A DNA stretch of 46,247 bases from Dehalococcoidia bacterium (GCA_003162335.1 PMMG01000057.1:991-47237); one strand, 5' to 3'. Positions 26,782 through 37,256 are shown, counted from the first letter of the stretch. Made by a program: numbers and translations. Notes: a model not told the origin generated them from the sequence alone.

Positions 26782-27957
26782 TTACGCTTCGTACAGAGTT
26801 TTGTTCTCTCTGGCGTCCAGCCACTTTTGCTTCTGAGAAATGCGCGTTTTTTCATCTGTTGTCTGATATTGAGACAAAAACTCACTGCGGAATGTGCTAA
26901 AAGTGCCGTCAAGAATAGAATTCCTGACAGATTGCACCAGGTTACTCATGAACGCCAGATTATGGATTGTGGCTAGCCGGTAGGCCAGCAGCTCTTTACT
27001 GCGGAAAAGATGATGCAGGTAAGCTGCAGAGAAATTCCGGCAGGTATAACAGTGACAGGTTGCGTCGATAGGGCTGTCCTGCTGACTGTAAACCGCATTT
27101 TCGATGTCTACCCTGCCGGTGGGAGTGTAAAGGGCTCCGTTGCGGGCGACACGTGTCGGCATGGCGCAGTCGAAAATATCGATGCCTCGCGCCACACATT
27201 CCACTACATCTTCCGGCGCACCCACACCCATTAAATATCTCGGCTTATCCGCAGGCAAAAGACCGACTGTTTGCTCCGTTATGTCAAAAGTCACGTTCTT
27301 GGGTTCCCCAATACTCAGCCCGCCGATGGCATAACCGTCAAAATTCAAAGCAGTTAGATATTCCGCAGATATTTTTCGCAGATCAGGGAAAACCCCGCCC
27401 TGTACAATGGCATACAAAGCCTGACCCGCCTTATTATGCACTTTGAGGCAACGTTCAGCCCATTGATGGGTGCGCACCATCGCCGCCCAGACGCGCTCGC
27501 GGCTCTCGTTGTGATCAATGCATTCATCCAGCACCATAATGATATCGGCGCCAATCGATTCCTGGTATTTGATCGCCAGTTCCGGCGTAAAGGTATGCTG
27601 GCTGCCGTCAATATGGGAACGGAAGATCACACCGTCGTCATTAATCCGGCGCAATTTCGAAAGGCTGTAGAGTTGATACCCCCCGCTGTCAGTGAGGATG
27701 GCGCCGTCCCAATTCATGAACTTGTGCAAGCCGCCCATTTTCTCAAGCGTCGGGATGCCGGGACGCAGATATAAATGGTAAGTATTGGCCAGAATCATGT
27801 GCATACCCACATCTTTGATATCCTGGGGGGTAAGGGTTTTCACCGAACCCTGCGTTCCCACCGGACACAATACCGGGGTTTGGATAATACCGTGCTGCGT
27901 ATTTAATTCGCCCGCGCGGGCTTTGCCCTGTGTCTTCAGAATACGGATTTCATTCAT
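26782..27957 (-). CDS. tgt: Queuine tRNA-ribosyltransferase (tRNA-guanine transglycosylase)
   Basis: Contains LTDSGGYQ, GLSIGEP and the zinc motif CHCYTC. Confidence 0.95.
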   Translation of the reverse strand: MNEIRILKTQGKARAGELNTQHGIIQTPVLCPVGTQGSVKTLTPQDIKDVGMHMILANTYHLYLRPGIPTLEKMGGLHKFMNWDGAILTDSGGYQLYSLSKLRRINDDGVIFRSHIDGSQHTFTPELAIKYQESIGADIIMVLDECIDHNESRERVWAAMVRTHQWAERCLKVHNKAGQALYAIVQGGVFPDLRKISAEYLTALNFDGYAIGGLSIGEPKNVTFDITEQTVGLLPADKPRYLMGVGAPEDVVECVARGIDIFDCAMPTRVARNGALYTPTGRVDIENAVYSQQDSPIDATCHCYTCRNFSAAYLHHLFRSKELLAYRLATIHNLAFMSNLVQSVRNSILDGTFSTFRSEFLSQYQTTDEKTRISQKQKWLDARENKTLYEA

Positions 27958-27960
27958 AGA

Positions 27961-28410
27961 CTATCCAGGACTTCCACTTTCGGCTCTTTTTTTAATAATC
28001 GCCTGCTCTTCCAGGTAATCTTGCAATATCACCGCCGCGGCCATCGCATCATAACGGATGACTTTGTTTTTCCGGCGGGAACTGGTTTCCTGTTTTAAAC
28101 GCTGCGCTGTAACGGTGGTTAAACGCTCGTCGCGGTATTCGAGTGGAATCTGTGCCGCAGCTCGCATTGCCTCTGCAAATGTCTGGACTTTCTGCGCTTG
28201 CGGACCGATATCGCCGTTCATCAGGCGCGGCAAACCGACAATAATCCGTTCGGCGCCATGCTCTTGCGCAATCTTCAGAATAGCTGCAATGTCCTGTTGT
28301 TCTGTAGAATGCTCAATGATGGTCAACGGACTAGCCAGTATACCGCCGGAATCGCTTAACGCTAAACCGATCCTTCTGTCCCCGACATCGAGCCCCAGAA
28401 CACGCCCCAT
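27961..28410 (-). CDS. ruvX: Putative pre-16S rRNA nuclease / Holliday-junction-resolvase-like YqgF
   Basis: Contains VLGLDVGDRRIGLALSD. 149 aa. The start overlaps the alaS stop by 1 nt. Confidence 0.9.
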   Translation of the reverse strand: MGRVLGLDVGDRRIGLALSDSGGILASPLTIIEHSTEQQDIAAILKIAQEHGAERIIVGLPRLMNGDIGPQAQKVQTFAEAMRAAAQIPLEYRDERLTTVTAQRLKQETSSRRKNKVIRYDAMAAAVILQDYLEEQAIIKKRAESGSPG

Positions 28411-31061
28411 TACTTTCCCTGCTGCGCAACCAGTGTTTTTACCAGTTGCAGAGCTTCATCAATTTTCGTTTTATCTTTACCGCCGGCCTGCGCCATGGTT
28501 GGTTTGCCGCCACCGCTGCCGCCGGTGACTTTCGCCACTTCACGGACGATATTTCCGGCGTTATAACCTTTGGCAACCAGATCAGTACTTACATTTGCCA
28601 GGAAAGAAAGTTTATCATCATAAATTGTTCCTAACACAATGACAGCGCTTTTATACCTTTCACGAAGGTAATCAGTAATTTGCATCAGTCCTTGCGTGGA
28701 AACGCTTGAAATATGTTCTGAAATGAACGGCACTTCGTTAATTGGCGAGCGTTGCAAGACGATGGATTCTGCTATTTTATGAGCCAGTTCTTTCTCTATT
28801 GCCAACCGCTGTTTTTTTTCGGTTTCAAATGCGTTTACAGTATCCGCGACTTTTTCTTTCAAATTTTCCGAAGTCGCGCCAATGGATTTAGCAATCTCCT
28901 GCCAATCCTGTGTTAATTTTGCGAAATGAGCTTCGGCGCCGCGGCCGGTAACAGCTTCGATACGCCGCAGGCCGGAACCGACGCTGCTTTCGCTAATGAT
29001 ATGGAAAGCGCCGATCTGCCCGGTGGCGCTGATATGCGTGCCACCGCATAACTCAAAACTGACCGGCGGTTTGCCGATCTTCAGGCCGCGCACTTTATCG
29101 CCGTATTTCTCATCGAAGAGCGCCGTCGCGCCCTGTTCCACGGCCTTCTGATATGCCATCTCCTCGGCATAAACAGGCAGATTTTCGCGGATATGATGAT
29201 TAACGATCTGCTGGACTTTCTGAATTTCCTCCGGCAGCATGGCGATAAGGTGGGAAAAATCAAATCTCAACCTATCCGGCGTTACCAATGAGCCGCGCTG
29301 CTGTACTTGTTTCCCCAGTACCTGACGTAAAGCGTATTGGAGGATATGCGTGGCCGTATGGTTGCGGGAGATATCCAGACGGCGTTCGGCATCAACTTCA
29401 GCCTCAACAATTTCTTCTGTAGAAAGCGTGCCGCTGAGCATTTTACCGCGGTGCACAATTATTCCTAATGTTGTTTTGACAGTATCCATCACTGCAAACC
29501 GGCCGGATTTACCTGTAATTTCGCCTGCATCGCCGATCTGTCCGCCCATTTCCGCGTAAAAAGGCGTGGCATCCAGCACCAGGCTGGCCTCTTGTCCTTC
29601 GTTGACTACACCCACAGATTCACCTTCGGATAACAGAGCAAGGATGGATGCCTGAGCTTTAGTTTTTTCATAGCCCGTAAAAGCTGGCAACGGCGAGCCT
29701 TTTTTCCATTCCATATTTGATTCCATAGTCACGGTAGCATTACCGCTGACGCCATGTTTCTGGGCAGCTTTGGCGCGTTCGCGCTGTTTTTCCATCTCTG
29801 CTTCGAATCCATCCATTTCCACGGCAAAGCCGTGGGCGGCGGCAATGGTTTTTGTCAAGTCGATGGGAAAACCGTAGGTATCGTGCAATTCGAAAGCGTC
29901 ATTGCCGGAAATGACCTTTGGCTGCCCCTTTTGAGTCTCGATGGATTTGATCGTATTCTCCAGCATGCTGCGGCCGACCGGCAGGGTCTTGCGAAAACCC
30001 TCTGTTTCGATCGTAATAACATGCAAAATATGTTTTTTATTCGTTTCCAGTTCCGGGTACACATGTCCCATGTTCTTGATGACCTCTTCCGCCACGATGG
30101 TCAGGAAGGGCTTTTCGTGGGCCAGTGTCTCCCCGAAGTACTCCGCCCGGCGTAAAAGACGCCGCATAACGTAACCGCGCCCTTCTTTACTAGGCATCAC
30201 GCCGTCCGCCAGCAAGAAGGTAATGGCGCGGGCATGTTCCGCGACGATGCGCATAGCATTATCGGTAACCGGGTCGCTGCCGTACTTTTTACCTGATAAA
30301 TCAGTCACTTTTTGCAGCAATGGCATAAAAAGATCGGTGTCATAGAAGGAAGTCTTCCCCTGCATTATTGTCGTGACACGCTCCAGCCCCATACCGGTAT
30401 CGATATTCGGTTTGGGGAGCAGCGTGCGCTTGCCGCTTTCGTCCTGGTTGAACTGGGTAAAAACCAGGTTCCAGATCTCCGTGTAGCGCTTGCAGTCGCA
30501 GCCGGGTTTACAATCCGGTTTGCCGCAACCGTGTTTTTCGCCAAGGTCATAATGGATTTCGGTGCAAGGTCCGCACGGTCCTGAATTACCGGCCGGACCC
30601 CAGAAATTATCTTTTTCGCCAAGACGGACAATTCTATCCTCGGGGATGCCTGTTTTTCGCCAGATTTCAAATGCTTCATCGTCATCGCGAAAAACGGTCA
30701 CCCACAAACGGGAAGGCGGGATTTTCAAGTATTGGGTCACATATTCCCATGCCCATGGTATAACTTCTTTTTTAAAATAATCTCCGAAGCTAAAATTTCC
30801 CAGCATTTCGAAGAAAGTGCAGTGCGTGGCATCGCCAACAGAATCCATGTCTGTCGTACGGAAACATTTCTGGCAGCTGGCCAGACGCGGCGCCGGCGGT
30901 ACTGCTTTCTGCGTAAAATAGGGTTTGAACTGCACCATGCCTGCACTGGTCAACAGCAGCGTGGGGTCACCGTAAGGAATTAAGGAAGAACTGGGGATAA
31001 TTTTGTGTCCCCGCTCTTCAAAAAAATTCAGGTATGAACTTCTAATTTCGTCGCTTTTCAC
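28410..31061 (-). CDS. alaS: Alanine--tRNA ligase
   Basis: Contains HCTFFEMLGNFSFGDYFK and the editing-domain HTATHIL. GTG 31061 (VKSDEIRSSYLNFFEERGH) has GGAG 8 nt upstream. The track's TTG 31085 is a likely over-extension. Confidence 0.95.
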   Translation of the reverse strand: MKSDEIRSSYLNFFEERGHKIIPSSSLIPYGDPTLLLTSAGMVQFKPYFTQKAVPPAPRLASCQKCFRTTDMDSVGDATHCTFFEMLGNFSFGDYFKKEVIPWAWEYVTQYLKIPPSRLWVTVFRDDDEAFEIWRKTGIPEDRIVRLGEKDNFWGPAGNSGPCGPCTEIHYDLGEKHGCGKPDCKPGCDCKRYTEIWNLVFTQFNQDESGKRTLLPKPNIDTGMGLERVTTIMQGKTSFYDTDLFMPLLQKVTDLSGKKYGSDPVTDNAMRIVAEHARAITFLLADGVMPSKEGRGYVMRRLLRRAEYFGETLAHEKPFLTIVAEEVIKNMGHVYPELETNKKHILHVITIETEGFRKTLPVGRSMLENTIKSIETQKGQPKVISGNDAFELHDTYGFPIDLTKTIAAAHGFAVEMDGFEAEMEKQRERAKAAQKHGVSGNATVTMESNMEWKKGSPLPAFTGYEKTKAQASILALLSEGESVGVVNEGQEASLVLDATPFYAEMGGQIGDAGEITGKSGRFAVMDTVKTTLGIIVHRGKMLSGTLSTEEIVEAEVDAERRLDISRNHTATHILQYALRQVLGKQVQQRGSLVTPDRLRFDFSHLIAMLPEEIQKVQQIVNHHIRENLPVYAEEMAYQKAVEQGATALFDEKYGDKVRGLKIGKPPVSFELCGGTHISATGQIGAFHIISESSVGSGLRRIEAVTGRGAEAHFAKLTQDWQEIAKSIGATSENLKEKVADTVNAFETEKKQRLAIEKELAHKIAESIVLQRSPINEVPFISEHISSVSTQGLMQITDYLRERYKSAVIVLGTIYDDKLSFLANVSTDLVAKGYNAGNIVREVAKVTGGSGGGKPTMAQAGGKDKTKIDEALQLVKTLVAQQGK

Positions 31062-31269
31062 GATAGTAACTCCAAATTCAAGCAATTACATTTGATTTTA
31101 AGCTAACGGCGTGAGTGTGTCAATGAATACTGGCAGTCAACTATCAGCGTTCAAGTATTGGCTGGATAGTATGGTCGCACCTAAAATAAGTATGGAAAAG
31201 AAATATCAGACTAAATTCAAGCTGAGGGCTATTTTTGACTAGTCACCTGCCAACTGCTAAATTTAAGTT

Positions 31270-32091
31270 GTGGCTCGTATACTCGATAATCTGGATGTTC
31301 TACAAAAACTGCTCAAGCGTCAGCCGTTTGGTCTGATCACCGACATGGACGGCACACTCAGTGAGATCCCCCACAACTTTCTGGAAATTACTCCGCCGCC
31401 CCCCACGCTGCCGCAACTGGCCAAACTCGTAAAACGTTTTGAAGTTCTAGCTATAATCTCCGGCAGAAAAACCGAAGCGCTTAAAGACATTGTCAACATT
31501 GATGGGGTGCAATACATTGGGCATTACGGCATGGAATGGTGGAAGAATAACCAGGCAGTACTGCATCCGGAAGTCGCTGCTTCTGTAACCGCAATGCGCG
31601 AGCTGGCTGCAGAACTGGAAACCCTTAGGGCGGTGGACGGCATGATAATCCAGGATAAGTGGGCCACCATCAGCGTGCACTATCATATGACTCGCCAGCC
31701 GGAAACGGCCAAACAACAGATCATGGACCTGGTGCAAAAATCGCCCCACGGCAAAAATATGCGCTTGATAGAAGAAAAAAACAATATTAGTATTATCCCG
31801 CGGGTGGAAATCAATAAGGGGACAGCGGTTTCCAGCCTGATCAAAGAGCACAATCTGCAGGGGGCAATTTTTCTTGGGGATGATGTCGGGGATGTGCCTG
31901 GATTCCGAGCCATCCGCGTGGCTAGAGAGGTTCAAGAGTTTATGGGATTGGCAATTCTGGTCACCGGCTCAGAAACCTCGCAGGCTACTTTGAAAGAAGC
32001 TGATTTTACACTGAACGGTGTGGGGGAAACGGTAATGCTGCTGGATTGGCTGGTGGATAACACCGTGGAACGAACCCATACCCGTCCTTGA
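31270..32091 (+). CDS. otsB: Trehalose-6-phosphate phosphatase-like HAD hydrolase
   Basis: Contains DMDGTL, ISGR and LGDDVGD motifs. 273 aa with a GTG start. Confidence 0.7.
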   Translation: MARILDNLDVLQKLLKRQPFGLITDMDGTLSEIPHNFLEITPPPPTLPQLAKLVKRFEVLAIISGRKTEALKDIVNIDGVQYIGHYGMEWWKNNQAVLHPEVAASVTAMRELAAELETLRAVDGMIIQDKWATISVHYHMTRQPETAKQQIMDLVQKSPHGKNMRLIEEKNNISIIPRVEINKGTAVSSLIKEHNLQGAIFLGDDVGDVPGFRAIRVAREVQEFMGLAILVTGSETSQATLKEADFTLNGVGETVMLLDWLVDNTVERTHTRP

Positions 32092-32138
32092 AATTGTAAC
32101 TTTTGAATCTAATCAGATATTGACAGCCCGTTGTTGGT

Positions 32139-32168
32139 TTGACCGTGACAGCCTAAAAAGACTATAAT
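32139..32168 (+). promoter_or_regulatory. Putative sigma-70 promoter of purF (TTGACC, 18 nt spacer, TATAAT)
   Basis: Hexamers at 32139-32144 and 32163-32168. Confidence 0.4.
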
Positions 32169-32191
32169 AAAAATAGAGAAGGAAAGCCGGG

Positions 32192-33589
32192 GTGAACGTG
32201 GTAGATTTACACGAGAAATGCGGCGTCTTTGGAATTTACTGTCCAGGTGAGGATGTGGCGAGGCTTACCTTTTTTGCATTGTTCGCTCTCCAGCACCGTG
32301 GTCAGGAAAGCGCCGGTATAGCTACCGCAGACGGCAAGAAAATCCAATTCTTCGGCGATATGGGACTAGTTTCCCAGGTCTTTGATGAAACCTCCCTCGG
32401 GCAACTGAGCGGTCACATCGCCATCGGGCACAACCGCTATTCTACTACCGGTTCCAGCCGCAGTATCAACATACAACCACTCGTGCTTGGAATGGGCAAT
32501 GATACGATCGCCATCGCCAACAACGGTAACATCGTCAATGCCGAACATCTTTATCATGAGCTCTGCGACCAGGGCTATAATTTCCGCAGTTCCACGGACA
32601 CCGAGGTTATCGGCGACCTGATCCTTTCGGCTCCCTCGCTAGATTGGATCGAACGTATTAGGTATGCCATGCGCCGCTTACAGGGCGCCTATTCCATGGT
32701 AATGGTAAACAAGGATGCTCTTTTTGTGGTACGCGACCCGTGGGGAGTCCGCCCTTTGTGTCTCGGTTCTCTCAACGGCGGCTTTGTCGTTGCTTCCGAG
32801 AGCTGTGCCCTCGACCACATCGGCGCCAAACTCATCCGGGAAATCGAACCGGGTGAAATCGTGCGTATTAGCCAAAACGGCGTGGAAAGCTTCCCCGAAC
32901 CAGTCCGTAAACGCGCCCTGTGTATTTTTGAATTTATCTATTTTGCCCGGCCGGACAGTATAATGAACGGTCAATTGATATATCCTACCAGGCAGGCAAT
33001 GGGCGAGCAACTCGCAATAGAACACCCGGTTGACGTGGATTCGGTGATGGGTGTGCCGGACTCCGCCACGGCGGCCGGTATCGGCTACGCTCATAAAGCT
33101 AACCGGCCTTATTGCGAAGGGTTACTGAAAAACCGGTATGTTGGGCGTACATTTATCGCCCCTGACCAGCGAATCAGAGATCTCGGTGTGCAGTTAAAAT
33201 TCAATCCGCTGCCACAGTTGCTGAAAGGTCAGCGCATGGTCGTCGTTGATGACAGCATTGTTCGCGGCACTACCACCCCAAAAGTGGTTAATTTGTTAAG
33301 AAGAGCGGGCGCAAAGGAAATCCACATGCGGATATGCGCACCCCCGATCAAGCATCCCTGTTTCTTCGGTGTCGATATGGCCACCAGAAAAGAACTGATA
33401 GCCTCGCATAAATCGATTGAAGAGATCCGGCAATTCATCGGCGCTGATTCGCTCGGCTACTTGAGTCTGGAAGGGTTACTGAAATCAGTCCACCTGCCTG
33501 CTGATTCATTCTGCACCGCATGTTTCACCGGTAATTATCCTATTCCTGTGCAGTTGGAAATGGATAAACTGGCGCTGGAAAACAACTAA
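32192..33589 (+). CDS. purF: Amidophosphoribosyltransferase
   Basis: N-terminal nucleophile CGVFGI follows a short propeptide. Contains the PRTase motif VVVDDSIVRGTT and Cys ligands near the C-terminus. Confidence 0.95.
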   Translation: MNVVDLHEKCGVFGIYCPGEDVARLTFFALFALQHRGQESAGIATADGKKIQFFGDMGLVSQVFDETSLGQLSGHIAIGHNRYSTTGSSRSINIQPLVLGMGNDTIAIANNGNIVNAEHLYHELCDQGYNFRSSTDTEVIGDLILSAPSLDWIERIRYAMRRLQGAYSMVMVNKDALFVVRDPWGVRPLCLGSLNGGFVVASESCALDHIGAKLIREIEPGEIVRISQNGVESFPEPVRKRALCIFEFIYFARPDSIMNGQLIYPTRQAMGEQLAIEHPVDVDSVMGVPDSATAAGIGYAHKANRPYCEGLLKNRYVGRTFIAPDQRIRDLGVQLKFNPLPQLLKGQRMVVVDDSIVRGTTTPKVVNLLRRAGAKEIHMRICAPPIKHPCFFGVDMATRKELIASHKSIEEIRQFIGADSLGYLSLEGLLKSVHLPADSFCTACFTGNYPIPVQLEMDKLALENN

Positions 33590-33629
33590 CACTTAATTTC
33601 GGTTCCCCTGATTCTCCCAAAACTTTCCT

Positions 33630-34064
33630 TCAATATCTCTTCGCGTTAATCGTCAGAATGGTAAAGTAACTAATGCTCATCATCCCCAGCAAAACCGGGA
33701 ATACCAGGCTCGATGAGATATTTACCCAGATATTTACCCCCCATAATCCCAACATTAAAAAACTCATTATACCAAACGCTTCATATCCTGATTTATTTCT
33801 CAGGAATATATTTCTTTCTTCATTTTTTAACTCTATCTCTTTTTTCCATTTTTCGGGATTCCGTTTTACCCGATAATAATCCAACAGTAGTCCGATTCCC
33901 AGTGGTAAAAATCCAAACGTTAAACCGCCAATGATGCCGGAAAGCTTACCATTTAGCTTTCCTGAAATCAACAATATAACTAGCGCAATTAAAGCAATTA
34001 CTCCGATCACAATATATGCTATAGCAACCAAAAATTGACTTTTTAAATGTTTCTCGAAATTCAT
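33630..34064 (-). CDS. Four-TM membrane protein (DUF2178-like), partner of the XRE regulator
   Basis: 144 aa with four hydrophobic spans. It overlaps the upstream HTH gene by 4 nt. Confidence 0.6.
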   Translation of the reverse strand: MNFEKHLKSQFLVAIAYIVIGVIALIALVILLISGKLNGKLSGIIGGLTFGFLPLGIGLLLDYYRVKRNPEKWKKEIELKNEERNIFLRNKSGYEAFGIMSFLMLGLWGVNIWVNISSSLVFPVLLGMMSISYFTILTINAKRY

Positions 34065-34282
34065 TTATAATTCTCCTTATCAAATTCAAATACGTCTTCA
34101 ATGGCAAGATTAAAAACCTTAGCGATTTTATAGGCGAGAATGATGGATGGGTTATACCTGCCGCTTTCGAGGGAAATGATCGTTTGCCGGGAGACCGTGA
34201 CTTTTTCCGCCAGATCCTGTTGGGTATAACCGTTTTGTTCCCTTAATTGTTTGATCTTATTTTCAATCTTAATTCTCCTCAA
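34061..34282 (-). CDS. XRE-family helix-turn-helix transcriptional regulator
   Basis: Contains IKQLREQNGYTQQDLAEKVTVSRQTIISLESGRYNPS. The exact start is uncertain (TTG 34282 with an internal GAGGAGA). Confidence 0.85.
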   Translation of the reverse strand: MRRIKIENKIKQLREQNGYTQQDLAEKVTVSRQTIISLESGRYNPSIILAYKIAKVFNLAIEDVFEFDKENYK

Positions 34283-34290
34283 AATGTGAT

Positions 34291-34354
34291 GTAAAGCGTC
34301 CTTTACTTATCATTATAGTAGCACACCTTTTTTACAAAGTAAAGCGCCCTTTAC
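34291..34354. promoter_or_regulatory. Two copies of a 16-bp palindromic box GTAAAGCGnCCTTTAC (putative operator of the XRE regulator)
   Basis: gtaaagcgtcctttac at 34291-34306 and gtaaagcgccctttac at 34339-34354, immediately upstream of the regulator start. Confidence 0.5.
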
Positions 34355-34551
34355 AATAGAAGGGAATAAAGTACTACGAGGAGATAATCGGAGATTAATA
34401 ACAGCTTCTGGTAAACCTGAACCGGTGTTATAGATACCGGCCGCCGGTATGGGTGGGGGTTAAATGGTGGGCAATTCTTCTCTTACCCAATAAATTACAA
34501 TAATCAATTATTGTTATGAATTATTTCTTCGCAGGAACGATGAAAACGTAT

Positions 34552-35730
34552 TTATTTATACCCAACTTCAGCTTGCACGAAAGCGTCATCAATCACTTTG
34601 ACCATAACTTCGATATCGCCGGTAACGGAATAGCGTATATACGGCTCAAAGTGCACGCCTACTATACCGGTTTTCTCGATCATCAGGTAGTTGAAATGCT
34701 CGGCGTCTTTAATTTGTTGGCCAAAGGCTTTGTCAGGCCGCTGCCAGAGCGTGAAAAATCCGGCGCCGGGTTCGATTGCCAACTTCATACCCCGTTTGAT
34801 CAAAATATCTTTGAGCATACCAATACGGCGTTTGTACAATTCGCGGCAGGCTTTCACATTCACTTTGTCGTTTTCCATGGCATTCAGCACCCCGATTGCC
34901 ATCGGTGCGACAAAACCGCTGTCGGTATTGCCTTTGATCGTGGCAATGTCGCCGACAAAATCCGGTGAACCTATTATTGCGCCGATTCTCCAGCCGGTGC
35001 CGTTACTGATAACCTTAGAAGCCGAAAAAGCCTCGGCCCAGGAAAGGTCTTTGAATCCGGTAGCAATTTCGGCCAAAGCACTGCTCTCGGGAGTGTGTGA
35101 AAGGATATAATACGGGTTGTCGTTGAAAAGACGAATGTCGTTTTTTTCGCAATGGGCACAGATTTCCCGCCACCATTCGCGGGTGGCGATCTGGCCGGAG
35201 GGGTTGTGCGGATAGTTAACCATCAACAGTCTGGTGCCTTTCTTAATATCCGCCGGCTTGAAGCGGAACTTGTTTTCTATATTCAAAGGCAGGGTATATT
35301 GATTCAGACGCAAGTATTTCGCCCAATCAGTGGGCGTGGGATAACCGGGTTTATCCATAGTACCGATGATATATGTCTGCTGGGCAGCGCCGCAGGCTAA
35401 TTCCGCTACTCCCAGCATCGGTTTATTACCCGGTATCGGCAAATAGGCAACATCTTTCCCTACCAGGCTGAAATCAAAGTGAGCCTGAATAAAACGCTGC
35501 GAGAAATCCGGTATGCCCGGCGAACCGTTGTCCTGGTATTCATGCATCGATTCCAGGTCGCTCATTACCGCTTCCGCAGCGGCTTTTCTGGCGCTCAAAA
35601 GAGCCGGCCCGGCCGGTTGTCCGATAGAGAGACGGTATATTTTTTGCCCGGATGCTTCCGCTTCACGGGTTTTAGCTTTGATTGCCTGAAAAAGGTTGGC
35701 ACCGCCGCCGGGTAATAACGATTTTCTCAT
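34552..35730 (-). CDS. Class I/II PLP-dependent aminotransferase
   Basis: Contains NYPHNPSG and the PLP-lysine motif SASK. ATG 35730 has GAGGG 7 nt upstream. The track's TTG 35736 is also possible. Confidence 0.8.
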   Translation of the reverse strand: MRKSLLPGGGANLFQAIKAKTREAEASGQKIYRLSIGQPAGPALLSARKAAAEAVMSDLESMHEYQDNGSPGIPDFSQRFIQAHFDFSLVGKDVAYLPIPGNKPMLGVAELACGAAQQTYIIGTMDKPGYPTPTDWAKYLRLNQYTLPLNIENKFRFKPADIKKGTRLLMVNYPHNPSGQIATREWWREICAHCEKNDIRLFNDNPYYILSHTPESSALAEIATGFKDLSWAEAFSASKVISNGTGWRIGAIIGSPDFVGDIATIKGNTDSGFVAPMAIGVLNAMENDKVNVKACRELYKRRIGMLKDILIKRGMKLAIEPGAGFFTLWQRPDKAFGQQIKDAEHFNYLMIEKTGIVGVHFEPYIRYSVTGDIEVMVKVIDDAFVQAEVGYK

Positions 35731-35759
35731 TTTCAAACCCTCAAAAATAGATTCAAAGG

Positions 35760-36305
35760 TTAAGCGCTATTCGGTTTGCGGGCATTGCGCATTTCCTGCC
35801 ATTTCGTGAAGGAAATCTCCATCAGTAAAAATCTATATCCGTCCTGCTCGCGGTGGCCGCAGGGCGTCAGACCGCATTTTTCAAAACATTTGTGCGCGCG
35901 GAAATTATCTTCCAACGTCTTCAGGTATATCCTTCTGAATTTCCGCAAGCTGAAAACATAATCGATCAAGGTGCTGATAGTATCAGCACCGTAACCTTTG
36001 TTCCAGTAATCGCGGTCGCCGATCATAATCCCGATTTCGGTTTCATGACTTAATTCATCGATGTTGTAGTAAACACAATTCCCGATGTGTTTACCTTCCG
36101 GAGTGTCTACGCCGAAGGTAATGCGGCCCGGATAAGGGTGTTTCAGCCATTTGATATACTCGCGGTAGAACTCACCGTAAGACATTGTACTGGGAATCAT
36201 GGCGTCCAGCGCGGAGAGCTCAGGGTCAGTCTGCCAGCGGTAATCATTGTCCGCGTCGGATGGTTTCTTGGGACGGATAATGACTTTTTTACCTTCAATG
36301 TTCAT
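35760..36305 (-). CDS. GNAT-family N-acetyltransferase (RimJ/RimL-like)
   Basis: 181 aa. The acetyl-CoA loop reads YWNKGYGADTISTLIDYVF. Confidence 0.75.
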   Translation of the reverse strand: MNIEGKKVIIRPKKPSDADNDYRWQTDPELSALDAMIPSTMSYGEFYREYIKWLKHPYPGRITFGVDTPEGKHIGNCVYYNIDELSHETEIGIMIGDRDYWNKGYGADTISTLIDYVFSLRKFRRIYLKTLEDNFRAHKCFEKCGLTPCGHREQDGYRFLLMEISFTKWQEMRNARKPNSA

Positions 36306-37239
36306 GCGTATCCGGTTGCGGTGACATCTCGAAGATGGTCATGTCATCCTGAATGGATATTTCGTTCAACGCCTGTTCAACCGCACTCTGTATTGCTTCA
36401 TTTTCATCTTTGGCGTGCTTTTGTAAATATTGTTTCGCTTCGTTACCACCGATTTTACCCAGGGCCTGGATCACGGCCAACTGTACATCGATATCGGAGT
36501 CTGCAGCAACGGGAATTAAATATTGTAAAATTTCTTCATCACCAATTTCACCCAGAGCATTAACAGCTTCATAACGCATTTCCGCATCAGCATTTTTTAA
36601 TTCCTTTAACAGAAACGGCAGCCATTTCAGATCGCAATTTTTGCCCATTGCGTAGACCGCACTGATAGAGAGTCTTTCATCGCGGCTTTCGTAGGCTGTT
36701 TTGATGGCAGTTTTTACCTGTTCGGTGCTGATAGGCGCGACGGCTTCCAACGCCCGGCGTCTGACTTCAATCCCTTTGAATTTATCTCCGGTTGCAGTGA
36801 GCAAAACCTGTCCTACCTGCACACCGTATCGGGGCGATATCGAGCCAAGTTCGGCCATAAGTGCAAATCTGCCCAGGGCCAGCGCGGCGTTGGCCTGCAC
36901 TTTTTCCGATGGGTCTTTATTCAGCAATCCAATGAGAATGGGTATCAGTGAAGGCTCTTCGTTTTCCCAAAGCCCGTCGATTGCTTCGCTGCGGACATCC
37001 TCATCCGGATCGTTGAGACAATTTATAAAAACGTTATCGAAATTCAATTCCACGCTGTCGGTTCCGAGCTCCGTCAGCCGGTTGATGATCTCACGGCGGC
37101 GTTTCAGCTCGATGGTTTTCCATACCTGCTCGAATTCCCTGACGTTTGCGGAAGACAATTGTGATAAATCGGCAAGGTGAGTATTTACCAGCGGTTTTTC
37201 GGTATCCGCCATTTCTTTAATAATATCTTTAACTAACAA
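36295..37239 (-). CDS. HEAT-repeat protein (PBS-lyase HEAT-like repeats)
   Basis: 314 aa. Has repeated D-x-D/E-VR-x-x-A-x-x-AL-G helices (DEDVRSEAIDGL, DAEMRYEAVNALGEIG, DIDVQLAVIQALGKIG). TTG start. It overlaps the GNAT gene by 11 nt. Confidence 0.7.
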   Translation of the reverse strand: MLVKDIIKEMADTEKPLVNTHLADLSQLSSANVREFEQVWKTIELKRRREIINRLTELGTDSVELNFDNVFINCLNDPDEDVRSEAIDGLWENEEPSLIPILIGLLNKDPSEKVQANAALALGRFALMAELGSISPRYGVQVGQVLLTATGDKFKGIEVRRRALEAVAPISTEQVKTAIKTAYESRDERLSISAVYAMGKNCDLKWLPFLLKELKNADAEMRYEAVNALGEIGDEEILQYLIPVAADSDIDVQLAVIQALGKIGGNEAKQYLQKHAKDENEAIQSAVEQALNEISIQDDMTIFEMSPQPDTHEH

Positions 37240-37256
37240 AGGAAATGCCTCGTAAT

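Noticed and set aside
31062-31269. I looked for a T-box leader upstream of alaS, an M-box upstream of the rpiB-ATPase pair (15076-15225) and a purine riboswitch upstream of purF (32092-32191).
   Set aside because: No conserved T-box, M-box or purine-aptamer sequence blocks are present, and no terminator/antiterminator structures are evident. The spacers are short.
34516-35110. + strand ORFs of 150 and 139 aa.
   Set aside because: They are antisense to the PLP aminotransferase gene. They are shadow ORFs.
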